From: Candidatus Latescibacterota bacterium
GTDB lineage: Bacteria > Latescibacterota > UBA2968 > UBA8231
Assembly: GCA_965215195.1 (NCBI GenBank)
Contig: CBDCDC010000001.1
Location: forward strand, 1,024,001 to 1,088,000
Direction: 5' to 3'
Length of the DNA: 64,000 nt
Shown: positions 48,511 to 57,383 of the stretch, piece by piece
How the letters are laid out: each line of letters starts with the position of its first letter
Numbering within the stretch: the first letter of the stretch is position 1
Translations under genes and position numbers: made by a program
The notes under the pieces: generated by a model
Told to the model about the DNA's origin: nothing
Database searches by the model: none
The model's input: the letters and a program-made list of their open reading frames with translations, nothing else

Positions 48511-48704
48511 AAGAGCCGAAGCAACCAATCCCCGTCTCTAAACTTGACGATCCCGCTATGCAGGCTGTCCCCATTGCGTTATACCGCGCTGCTAGACGTG
48601 CGCACAAAATCGCCCATCAGCATAAGACCGGGGTGGTGATTATGGAAAAAGGCAAGGTCATCGAGATTGAACCGGATCCGGAGATGTACGAGGAGAAGAA
48701 GTAG
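48507..48704 (+). CDS. Small hypothetical protein, probable partner of the zeta-like protein
   Basis: ATGA overlap; ALYRAARRA..IA......VVI. Confidence 0.65.
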   Translation: MKEPKQPIPVSKLDDPAMQAVPIALYRAARRAHKIAHQHKTGVVIMEKGKVIEIEPDPEMYEEKK

Positions 48705-48824
48705 AATAGTGCAACAGCTCGTTGCCCAAATTGTGCAAGAAATTCCTCGGCGAAGGCTCCACTACCGAGTTCAAATGAGCTAGGTCCTCCGCCCTCGGGC
48801 GGGAGATTTGCGCCTTTGCCACTT

Positions 48825-48846
48825 TTGTATATGCTTATTGTATATC
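48825..48846 (+). promoter_or_regulatory. Putative vapBC operator/promoter
   Basis: Two TGTATAT boxes upstream of vapB, preceded by TTGCCA. Confidence 0.45.
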
Positions 48847-48872
48847 CAAATTGATTAAAGCGAGGTTATAGC

Positions 48873-49109
48873 ATGGCAACGGCACACACGAAAGTTTTTA
48901 TGAGCAACAAGAGCCAAGCGGTGCGGCTGCCCAAGGCCGTTGAACTGCCGGAATCGGTGCGCGAGGTCGATATCGTCGCGATAGGGTCAAAGCGCGTTAT
49001 TACTCCTGCTGGCGAGAGTTGGGATGAGTGGTTCAACGGACCCGGTGTTTCGGATGATTTTATGTCGGTACGGGAACAGCCGGCCGATGCACGGCGAGAA
49101 AAACTGTGA
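48873..49109 (+). CDS. vapB: VapB antitoxin (AbrB/SpoVT fold)
   Basis: TKVFMSNKSQAVRLPKAV...SWDEWF...VSDDFM..REQP. Confidence 0.93.
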   Translation: MATAHTKVFMSNKSQAVRLPKAVELPESVREVDIVAIGSKRVITPAGESWDEWFNGPGVSDDFMSVREQPADARREKL

Positions 49110-49510
49110 TGCTCAGGTATCTGCTAGATACCAATGTGGTGATTTATGCCATCAAGAACCGCCCCCAATCGCTGCGGCAAAAATTCAATCGGTCGCAAGG
49201 TCAGATGGCGATTTCTTCCGTAACTTGGGGCGAACTTGTCTATGGCGTTGAACGCTCCGCCCAACCCGAGCGCAATCTGGCGGATATTGAATCGCTGGGC
49301 ACTAGGCTTGAGATCATGCCGTTTGACCAAGTTGCAGCCAGCCATTTTGGTCGAATCCGTGCAGAGCTGTATCGCGTTGGTGCTCCGATTGGCCCCTACG
49401 ATATGATGATCGCGGGTCAGGCGCGTGCGTCCGGGCTAGTTTTGGTAAGCAATAATGTAAAAGAGTTTGAAAAAGTTCCGGGGCTCATGCTGGAAAACTG
49501 GGTCCGCTGA
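49106..49510 (+). CDS. vapC: VapC PIN-domain toxin
   Basis: YLLDTN, EL.YG, PIGPYDMMIAG, VSNN.KEF. Confidence 0.95.
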   Translation: MMLRYLLDTNVVIYAIKNRPQSLRQKFNRSQGQMAISSVTWGELVYGVERSAQPERNLADIESLGTRLEIMPFDQVAASHFGRIRAELYRVGAPIGPYDMMIAGQARASGLVLVSNNVKEFEKVPGLMLENWVR

Positions 49511-49570
49511 TTGGAAGCGGTCTGGCGGCCTGCACCCGGCCGCCCCGGCGATAAGCACGTCAAGGTCGAA

Positions 49571-49624
49571 AGGGCCTGCGACCTGCTTGTCCCGCGCCTG
49601 ATGACCGGCGAGATAACAATATGA
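49571..49624 (+). pseudogene. hsdS: C-terminal remnant of type I R-M specificity subunit
   Basis: RACDLLVPRLMTGEITI* resembles the RDLLLPRLMSGEI ending. Confidence 0.65.
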
Positions 49625-49645
49625 ACAGTTGAAGGAGATGGTCTG

Positions 49646-49699
49646 ATGAGCGCGAAAACCTTGTTCTTGGCATGGCAAGACCAGCCTTTGGACTCTTAG
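49646..49699 (+). pseudogene. N-terminal stub of a HIRAN-domain-type protein
   Basis: AAGGAG RBS followed by MSAKTLFLAWQD, then a stop. Confidence 0.45.
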
Positions 49700-49840
49700 C
49701 AATAAGCACTTGACCGCTTGCGCTGGATATGCGCTCATTAACCGTTGTTTCCGTTGCGCGCCGAGAAAGGAGGGGCTTGAGCAGAGGCGAGCGGGTGTGC
49801 TTTTTGTCGAGTTGTTTTACTCTAAAACGAGGAGGATTGC

Positions 49841-50773
49841 ATGAGAACGCATGCACAGATGCTTTTGGGAGGAGCCTTGGTGCTCCTCGTCAGCGCGACC
49901 GCTTGGGGGCACGTGGGGGTTGAGTATTTTTATCCGCAGGTGCCCGATCCAGCCTCTATGGTCATGGACGGCAAAGCCGACGACTGGGGCTGGCTCGACC
50001 AAGAGGAGTTTGCCATCACCACCGAGCAGATGTTTGGCCAGCAGGGCGAAGAGATTTCGCGCGACGATATCGACGTAGCCTTCTGGATGGCGTGGAGTGC
50101 GCCGCCGGACAATCAGTTCTACTTCTATGCGGTGGTGACCGACGACACGCTCAAGCTGCTCGAATCCGATCAGAAGCGCTGGTGGTCGGACGACATCATC
50201 CAGATCACGTTTGATGCCGATCACTCCGGCGGCGACTTCTTGGGCGAAAACTTGGACCACGTGCTCAATGGCCAGCGCTACCACCTCCGCATCAATCCGG
50301 GGCCGGGCCAGCCGGTTGCGTACAACAGCCAGCTCGAATACATCGACCTGCCGGAGATCGGCTGGAGCTCGGATGTGTTCAACGGCGAGCCAACGCCTTG
50401 GTTTGAGGTGGGCTGGACCCTGCTGCCGTCGGGGGCCGGGCACGGCTCGACCAATGTCACGTGGACCATGGAGTTCCGCTGTGCCCTGTGGGACAGCTAT
50501 GCGACGACGCCCGAGGAGAGCGTGCGCCACGTGTTCGCGGAAAATCAGGTGATACACGTCGGCCCCAAGTTCAACGACCGCGAGCCAGTGGCCTCGGATG
50601 AAGCGTCGCCGTTCCGGCACAACTTGCTGCCCTTGGGCTCGGCCGCCGCGCAAGACCAAAAGGGCGATCAGATGCCCGACTGGATCGGCTTGGGTACCGA
50701 CGACGAGCCGACGGCCGTGGAGGAAACTTCGTGGGGACGGGTTAAGAGCCATTTGCAAGGCCAGTTGGAGTGA
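49841..50773 (+). CDS. Secreted CBM9/DOMON-like protein with C-terminal TAVEETSWGRVK motif
   Basis: GAGGAG RBS; signal peptide; MDGKADDW, FDADHSGG; paralogue of 9931..10812. Confidence 0.65.
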   Translation: MRTHAQMLLGGALVLLVSATAWGHVGVEYFYPQVPDPASMVMDGKADDWGWLDQEEFAITTEQMFGQQGEEISRDDIDVAFWMAWSAPPDNQFYFYAVVTDDTLKLLESDQKRWWSDDIIQITFDADHSGGDFLGENLDHVLNGQRYHLRINPGPGQPVAYNSQLEYIDLPEIGWSSDVFNGEPTPWFEVGWTLLPSGAGHGSTNVTWTMEFRCALWDSYATTPEESVRHVFAENQVIHVGPKFNDREPVASDEASPFRHNLLPLGSAAAQDQKGDQMPDWIGLGTDDEPTAVEETSWGRVKSHLQGQLE

Positions 50774-50801
50774 AGTGGGAAAACGTCAAACGGCTAACGC
50801 G

Positions 50802-50836
50802 AGCGGTGTCGGAAGGAGCGTGCCGACACCGCTTTG
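50802..50836 (+). terminator. Probable terminator hairpin
   Basis: AGCGGTGTCGG / CCGACACCGCT 11-bp stem after the stop codon; weak T tail. Confidence 0.5.
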
Positions 50837-51038
50837 CTGTTTGCAGGGGAAAATTTCACCCTTCCAGCGAGGGGTTTCTATCAAATGCCACCGACCCCAT
50901 AAGGCCATCCCCCACGCTTGTCTAAACAGACGCCCCTACACAAATGACCTATTCAGAGTTTACGAGCTTAGTACACGACCCCTAAAGTAGGCGACCCTTA
51001 CTTTGAGTACGCATTTTCTGCTGTTGCCGATGGGTCCG

Positions 51039-51065
51039 GGATCGAGGGCAAGATGCCCTCGATCC
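51039..51065. repeat. REP-like palindrome GGATCGAGGGCA-AGA-TGCCCTCGATCC
   Basis: Perfect 12-bp stem; related to 45257..45281. Confidence 0.6.
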
Positions 51066-51120
51066 TTGGCCGGCTGAGGGCTGGTGGCGTGTAGTAAGGT
51101 TTATGAGATAACTTCTAATA

Positions 51121-52752
51121 ATGAACATTTCCGCACTCGATAGTGCCATCATCGCGGCCTACCTGCTCGTGGTCGTCGCCATAGCGGTTGTGAGCAGCCG
51201 CCGCGTCCGCAGCGCGAGCGACTTCTTCCTCGCTGGACGCAGTATGCGCTGGCCCTTTGTCGGCGCATCCCTGTTTGCCACCAACATTTCTGCCGAGCAG
51301 TTCGTCGGCCAAGCGGGCTTGGCCTTTGTCGTCGGCTTGGCAGTCGCCAATTACCAGCTCGCCGGGGTGTTGGCCTTCGTGGCGATGGGGGCGGTTTTTC
51401 TGCCCATATACATGCGGCTGGGTCTCTATACCACGCCGGAGTTTTTGCAGCGGCGCTACGGGCCGGAGAGCCGCCGCTTTTTTTCTTTGATCACCCTGGT
51501 GAGTATTACCTTTGCCGGCATTCCCGGCTCCCTGTACGCCGGCGGACGAGTGATGGAGGTGCTGTTCGGGTTTGAGTCGATTGTGCCGGGGGTGCTGATC
51601 TTGGCGCTGGCGGCCGGCCCGTACGCCTTGGTGGGCGGTTTGCGCACTGTCATCTTGACGGACTTTGTCCAGTGCTTGCTGCTGGTTGTCGGGGGCGTGG
51701 CCATGCTCTATGTGGGCTTGGGCTATCTGGGGGGCTGGGGCGTCTTTGAGACTCGGATGCAAGAGTTGCAAGGGGCGGACGATTGGGACATGCTGGCGCT
51801 GGTGCAGCCGCTCGATCACCCCAACGTGCCTTGGAGCGGCGTAGTGCTGGGCCTGACGATACATGCCTTGGCCTTTGGGGCGACCAGCCACGTCATGGTG
51901 CAGCGCGCCTTGGCGGCCCGCAGCGTCCACGAGGCGCGGATGGGTGGTTTGCTGGCCGGGCTGTTGAAAGTGGTGGCGGTCTTTATCATTCTGATTCCCG
52001 GGCTGATGGGCTACGTCATGGCGCAAGGGTCGCAGCCGCTAATCGAAGTCGCCAGCCCGGATCAGCTCTATCCGGCGATGGTGCAAACCCTGCTGCCGAC
52101 CGGCTTGGTGGGCTTGGTGTTGGCCGGGTTGATCGCGGCGCTAATGAGCTCGCTAGACTCGGAAATCTGCGCGGCCTCGGGCCTGTTTGCCATGGATTGG
52201 TATCAGCCCTATCGGCCCGCGGCGACTCAGCAGCGCTTGATATGGGCGGGGCGCATACTGGCTGGCGTGGTGGTCGCCACCGGGGTGTTGTGGGCCATTG
52301 TGGTCATTCCGCAGTTCCGCTTTCTCTACGAATATCTGGCCAAGTTTGCCTCCTACATACCAGGCACCATTGTGGCCTGTTTCCTGTGGGGCATGGTGTC
52401 GAAGCGGCCCACGCGCAAAGGGGCCTTTGCAACCCTGATCGCTGGTTCCATCTTTGGCATCTTCCTGTGGCTGGTCAACGACTCGGCAGTGCTCAACCGG
52501 CTGGTCTGTGGAGAAGAGGGATTGGGGCTGGCCTTCTTGGAGATGCACTTTCTGCACGCGGCCTTCGTCATTTTTGCCGTGGCCAGCGCCCTGCTCTTTG
52601 GCTTTAGCTTCGCGTTTGGCGACGAGGGGTCGGTGCTCTCGGAGCAAGGGGACGCAGCCTTGATGCCGAGCCGGAAGCAGGATCGGGTTTATTGGCTGGG
52701 AGCGGTGGGGTTGCTGTTGGTGTACGGCGCGGTGTATTGGTATTTCTTTTAG
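51121..52752 (+). CDS. Sodium:solute symporter (SSS family)
   Basis: [41 protein letters not shown]. Confidence 0.93.
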   Translation: MNISALDSAIIAAYLLVVVAIAVVSSRRVRSASDFFLAGRSMRWPFVGASLFATNISAEQFVGQAGLAFVVGLAVANYQLAGVLAFVAMGAVFLPIYMRLGLYTTPEFLQRRYGPESRRFFSLITLVSITFAGIPGSLYAGGRVMEVLFGFESIVPGVLILALAAGPYALVGGLRTVILTDFVQCLLLVVGGVAMLYVGLGYLGGWGVFETRMQELQGADDWDMLALVQPLDHPNVPWSGVVLGLTIHALAFGATSHVMVQRALAARSVHEARMGGLLAGLLKVVAVFIILIPGLMGYVMAQGSQPLIEVASPDQLYPAMVQTLLPTGLVGLVLAGLIAALMSSLDSEICAASGLFAMDWYQPYRPAATQQRLIWAGRILAGVVVATGVLWAIVVIPQFRFLYEYLAKFASYIPGTIVACFLWGMVSKRPTRKGAFATLIAGSIFGIFLWLVNDSAVLNRLVCGEEGLGLAFLEMHFLHAAFVIFAVASALLFGFSFAFGDEGSVLSEQGDAALMPSRKQDRVYWLGAVGLLLVYGAVYWYFF

Positions 52753-52865
52753 GATTTCGGCGGCTGGGTAGGACCGGCAAATGCGCCGATAAAGGACACC
52801 GGGCGGGGCGGCAAGTAGGGAATAACGATCGTTCGAACCGCCGTCATCTACCAAGGGAGAATACA

Positions 52866-53924
52866 ATGGAAAATCGTCCGCAAGTACTCATCGCCTGTAG
52901 CGAGCGGGTGCGCCATGGCTACCTGCCGCCAGCGGAGCTAACGCGCCTAGAGCAGGTTGCCGATTGGGCGTGGTTTGCCTGCGAGGGCGGCAACATCTAC
53001 CGCGCCAGCGAAGACGCCGAGGCCATTGCCCAGTTGGCAAGGGAAATGGGTGCCGTGGATGCGCTCGTCGTCTGCCACGGTGCGCCGAAGGTTAATGCGG
53101 CGGTCTTGGAAGCCGCCCCCCGGCTGGGCTTCATCGGCGAATTGGAAGGCGACCGCTTTGCCACGCGCATCGACTTGGCCGCGGCGTGGGCGCGGGGCAT
53201 CCGCACCGTGGATACGACGAATGGCTCGTCCTATCCAGTGGCCGAGTGGGCCTTGGCCCTGACCCTGATCGCCATGCGCAATGCCGGCGCGCTCTTCCGC
53301 CGCATCCTCGCCGGGAATACGCAAAACCGCTCCACCCTCGAGCCGATGGCCGGGATGCTTACCGGCAAGCGGGTGGGCCTGATCGGCGGCGGCCACATGG
53401 GGCGGCGGCTGATGAAGTTGTTGCGGCCCTTTGAGGTTGAGCTGTGGGTGCACGATCCGTACCTGCCGCAGGAGCTGGCCGAGGCCTTGGGTTTTTTGCA
53501 AACGTCGCTGGACAATGTGCTGTCGCAGTGCGATGCCATTGTCTGCGTCGCGCCCCTGACGCCGCAGACCAAGGGCCTGATTGGCCGGCGCGAGTTAGAC
53601 CTCATTCCGTCGGGAGCGGCTTTGGTGAACGTATCGCGCGGGCCGATCTTCGACTCCGCGGCCCTGATCGAGCGCCTCAAGCGCGGCGACATTGCCGCGG
53701 GCTTGGATGTCTTTGACCCGGAGCCGATCCCGGCCGACAGCGAAATCATCGGCCTGCCCAATGTGTTTTTGACGCCGCACTTTTCCGGGCGCACGGGCGA
53801 CGAATACCCGCATTTTTTTCGCCTCATGGTCGATGAATTAGAGCGCTTTTTTGCTGGCCACGAGACCTATTTTGACCTGACGCCGCGCTCGCAGGCCAAT
53901 CGGCGGGGGGACCTGCCGGGCTAG
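52866..53924 (+). CDS. D-isomer-specific 2-hydroxyacid dehydrogenase
   Basis: GLIGGGHMG, NVSRG, LDVFDPEP, TPH; GGGAG RBS before 52866. Confidence 0.9.
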   Translation: MENRPQVLIACSERVRHGYLPPAELTRLEQVADWAWFACEGGNIYRASEDAEAIAQLAREMGAVDALVVCHGAPKVNAAVLEAAPRLGFIGELEGDRFATRIDLAAAWARGIRTVDTTNGSSYPVAEWALALTLIAMRNAGALFRRILAGNTQNRSTLEPMAGMLTGKRVGLIGGGHMGRRLMKLLRPFEVELWVHDPYLPQELAEALGFLQTSLDNVLSQCDAIVCVAPLTPQTKGLIGRRELDLIPSGAALVNVSRGPIFDSAALIERLKRGDIAAGLDVFDPEPIPADSEIIGLPNVFLTPHFSGRTGDEYPHFFRLMVDELERFFAGHETYFDLTPRSQANRRGDLPG

Positions 53925-53941
53925 GGAATGGAGGAATTTTT

Positions 53942-55378
53942 ATGGGACATCCCAACCTGCTGTACATCTTCACCGATCAGCAGCGCGTGGATACGCTGCG
54001 CTGCTACGGCAACGAGCAGATCGAGACCCCGGCCCTCGACGCGCTGGCCGCGGACGGCTTTGTCTTTGAAAACGCCTACGTGAGCCAGCCGGTGTGCAGC
54101 CCGGCGCGGGCCACCATGCTGACCGGGCTGTGGCCGCACGCGGCCGGCGTGCCCGCGTGCAATGTGCCGCTGCGCCCCGAGGTGCCGACCTTTGCCGAGC
54201 TCCTGCCGCCGGAATACCAGACGGCCTTTATGGGCAAATGGCACTTGGGGGATGAAATTTTTCCCCAGCACGGGTTTGCAACGTGGGTCGGCAGCGAAGA
54301 CTCGTACCGGCGTGGCTATTCCGCGCCGGAGCGGCTGGCCGCGCTCAGCCCGTATCACCACTTCTTGATTGAGCAGGGGTTTGTGCCCGACGCCGAGAAC
54401 CTCGGCCAGCGCGTGTTCTCGCGCCACGCCGAGGCCTCCATGCCGGAGGAATACACCAAGGCCGCGTTTTTGGGCGAGCAGGCCGCAGAGTACATCCGCC
54501 AGCGCGGCGACGCGCCCTTTGCGCTATGCGTCAGCTATCTGGAGCCGCACCCGCCGCACACCGGGCCGCTCAACGACTATTACGACCCGGCGACCCTGCC
54601 GACCGGACCGAGCTTTAGGCAGCCCCCGCCGGCCGACGCGCCCTTGATCGTGCGGCTGATGGCGGCCTTTTACTCGGCTTCGGAAAACTACGGGTTGGAC
54701 TTGCAGACCGAGGCTGGCTGGCGCGGGCTAATGGCCCGCTATTGGGGCAATGTGACGCTGGTGGATCGCTCGGTGGCCCAGATCCTCCAAGCCTTGGACG
54801 AGAGCGGCAAGGCCGACGACACCATTGTAATTTTCACGTCGGATCACGGCGAACTCATGGGCAATCACGGGATTTTGGGCAAGACCCTGATGTACGAGGA
54901 ATCGATCAAGGTGCCGTTGCTGCTGCGCGCCCCCATGCTGGGCGCGGGGCCGCGGCGGATCGGCGGCCAGTTCAGCCACATCGACTTGGTGCCCACGCTG
55001 CTCGACTTGCTGGGGCTAGATGCGCCGGATCATTTGCAGGGGCAGAGCCGGGTGCCAGTGCTGTGCGGCCGCTCCGACTTGGCGGCCAACGATGTGTTTG
55101 TCGAGTGGAGCGGCACCGACGGCCATCCGCCGGCCTCGATCGGCGAAGCCGAGCCGAACCGCAGCTTGGCCCATCCCGTCCGCACCATTGTCGCGGCCAA
55201 TGGCTGGAAGCTCAACCTGTACGGCGCGGGCCAAGGCGAGCTATACGATCTGAACGCCGACCCCCACGAATTGGCGAATCTATACTACCGGCCCGAGCAA
55301 CGCACGCGGATCGGCGAACTGAGCGAGCGGATTCGCGCCTGGCAGGAGCAGACCGGCGACGAGGTGGCGCTGCCCTAA
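53942..55378 (+). CDS. Cys-type sulfatase
   Basis: PNLLYIFTDQQR, CSPARATMLTG, GKWHLG, FTSDHG. Confidence 0.95.
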   Translation: MGHPNLLYIFTDQQRVDTLRCYGNEQIETPALDALAADGFVFENAYVSQPVCSPARATMLTGLWPHAAGVPACNVPLRPEVPTFAELLPPEYQTAFMGKWHLGDEIFPQHGFATWVGSEDSYRRGYSAPERLAALSPYHHFLIEQGFVPDAENLGQRVFSRHAEASMPEEYTKAAFLGEQAAEYIRQRGDAPFALCVSYLEPHPPHTGPLNDYYDPATLPTGPSFRQPPPADAPLIVRLMAAFYSASENYGLDLQTEAGWRGLMARYWGNVTLVDRSVAQILQALDESGKADDTIVIFTSDHGELMGNHGILGKTLMYEESIKVPLLLRAPMLGAGPRRIGGQFSHIDLVPTLLDLLGLDAPDHLQGQSRVPVLCGRSDLAANDVFVEWSGTDGHPPASIGEAEPNRSLAHPVRTIVAANGWKLNLYGAGQGELYDLNADPHELANLYYRPEQRTRIGELSERIRAWQEQTGDEVALP

Positions 55379-56044
55379 TTATTCGGCATTGCCTTTTGCA
55401 GCAAGATCGCGCACGAACTGAGAGAGGGCATCAAACGCCGGGGATTGGAAGTTCCACACTCCTTGTTGAGCACCTTCGCCGACCCTAGCTACGGGATTCC
55501 TCTTCGCGGCGAGGTAGGCGTGAGCGAAGGTCTTGTCGTGGTTTCTCGAACACAGGGCATTGCGGGTTTTCAGGCACTCTATGTACTCGTCGACGCATTG
55601 GGCCGCGTCTTCGCCTGCTACGGAACGCCGACAGAGGGTCTCAATGGCACCGGATTGGGAGCCGTCGGGCACGATGAACACGCCAATCGACGGAGTGTCG
55701 TTTGAGAATTCAGCGTGAGCGGGAGGTGGTTCGTACCCGGCGCTGCGGAGGCTGCCGCAGACGCTATCGAAGCTGCCCTGTGGGTTGTCGTCGGCGTCTC
55801 GTACAACGCCGACTGAACGGAGCGTTGGTCTAGCTTGGGCGGCCGCCTTTATCCCCTTCAGGTTTTTTGTAAAGTTATTCTTGCTGCCAACATCCACTAT
55901 CTGGATGCCCTGCCCATCGTCCTCGAGACAGTCCTTGATGAGCCTCTCTAAAAGGTTCACTTCGTCTTTGCCTTCGACAAGCAATAGCCGGTCTGCCGTT
56001 AGCTCAACTCTCGGAAGTCCTGCTCGACTCGTTGCGATCATCAT
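55379..56044 (-). CDS. DUF3226 (TOPRIM-like) protein
   Basis: LLLVEGKDE, VVRDADD, GAIETL. Confidence 0.78.
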   Translation of the reverse strand: MMIATSRAGLPRVELTADRLLLVEGKDEVNLLERLIKDCLEDDGQGIQIVDVGSKNNFTKNLKGIKAAAQARPTLRSVGVVRDADDNPQGSFDSVCGSLRSAGYEPPPAHAEFSNDTPSIGVFIVPDGSQSGAIETLCRRSVAGEDAAQCVDEYIECLKTRNALCSRNHDKTFAHAYLAAKRNPVARVGEGAQQGVWNFQSPAFDALSQFVRDLAAKGNAE

Positions 56045-57087
56045 CGGACCTCCAAGTTGAGATTCCGCGCACCTTCGAGGGCCTCGCCGGTGAAGGTCGC
56101 TGCTTTGATGTTTCCCGACTCGTTCTCAAAGAGATTGTGGATGGACAAGTCATTGGGTTCGTCGGCAAAAGCCTCCATTGCCGCATCAATGCACTCGGCG
56201 CTGTGGGTCGTCGCGATGAATTGCACATTCCATTCGTGCATCCAATCGCGGGCGCGAGCCCAGAGGTTCCGTAGCACCGAATAGTGAAGGCCATTTTCTA
56301 TCTCGTCGATAAGCACTAGGCCGTTACGGGCAGCGAAGAAATTTAGATATAACTTGAGAAGCCGCACTATACCGCCTCCTAGATTTTCTAGGCGACGTTG
56401 ATCTCCGTTATCTGTGATTGCCGAAAGGTACGATTCCCCATTTTCGTCTGTAAGTATCTGTACATCCTTAACGTTTGGCAGAATCAAATTTACGGCATTC
56501 GCTAGGTCCTCTTTTCGACCTTCCCTAACCATATCGGAATAAAGTTTCAGGTATTCCCCCGATATTTCAAGTTGCCATCTTGTACCTTCGATTATGCAGG
56601 TGATCCTAGGCGTTACCGAATCAGAAAAGCCACGTTCGACTAGCCCTTTCGGGGTGTTATGCCTTGCTGGGAGCGTACCGTCAAGCTCTTTATTGTCAAT
56701 CCACGTGCGAAGGCGACCGACAACGGGGCGTTGTTCCAGCTTGTACCTAGCATCGGTAATAGCTACTGTCTCCCATGTTATCTCTTCTATCTCTTCAAAG
56801 GTCGCTTTCCATTCGTGGCGTTCTTCGCCTTCGGTTCCACAAAGTTTTAGAGACTTGTCGGACAAGTCCGATATGGGATTTACGATTGGATTAGTGGACC
56901 GTTGTACATTCGCGTTCCACAGCAATTGAGTATTGTGTCTTCCCATAAAGAGCCAGATTGCTTCGATAAGTGCCGTTTTCCCAACGCCGTTTGCACCGGT
57001 GATCAGGTTCGCGTGGCTCAATTTTGGCAGGGACAAGCCGTTGATGCCACGGTAGTGAACTGCCTCGAAACTGCTGAGATGAATCAT
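56041..57087 (-). CDS. AAA_15/AAA_21 ABC-type ATPase
   Basis: GANGVGKT, LGGG signature, LIDEIENGLH, ATTHS. Confidence 0.88.
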   Translation of the reverse strand: MIHLSSFEAVHYRGINGLSLPKLSHANLITGANGVGKTALIEAIWLFMGRHNTQLLWNANVQRSTNPIVNPISDLSDKSLKLCGTEGEERHEWKATFEEIEEITWETVAITDARYKLEQRPVVGRLRTWIDNKELDGTLPARHNTPKGLVERGFSDSVTPRITCIIEGTRWQLEISGEYLKLYSDMVREGRKEDLANAVNLILPNVKDVQILTDENGESYLSAITDNGDQRRLENLGGGIVRLLKLYLNFFAARNGLVLIDEIENGLHYSVLRNLWARARDWMHEWNVQFIATTHSAECIDAAMEAFADEPNDLSIHNLFENESGNIKAATFTGEALEGARNLNLEVR

Positions 57088-57186
57088 TGGATTCCTCCGC
57101 TATTGGAAGCCTGCTCTAGTCCGCAGCAGCAGGAATTTCTGTGCGCTCATACAGCAACGCACTTGAGCAAAGCCGGCGTCGCCGAC

Positions 57187-57337
57187 TCAAGTAGAATCGC
57201 TATCGACACGCGAATGGAAGCCGCTACCTCTGGCCAGCGAGCCGATTAGGTACACGCGCTCGGCTCCGTATGCTTCGACTAGGGCTGTGGCGCAGACGCT
57301 TTTGCCAAGCCTCAATGTACGATCTGTAGGCGTCCAT
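57187..57337 (-). pseudogene. Internally deleted MNT nucleotidyltransferase remnant
   Basis: MDAYRSYIEAWQKR and ALVEAYGAERVYLIGSLARGSGFH in different frames. Confidence 0.65.
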
Positions 57338-57383
57338 AAATGGAAGTATAACGGAAGAGGGCATCGCACACACGGAGACGCTT

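Noticed and set aside
50860-51000. Possible ncRNA or IS end in the lower-GC spacer
   Set aside because: No recognisable family consensus or partner inverted repeat
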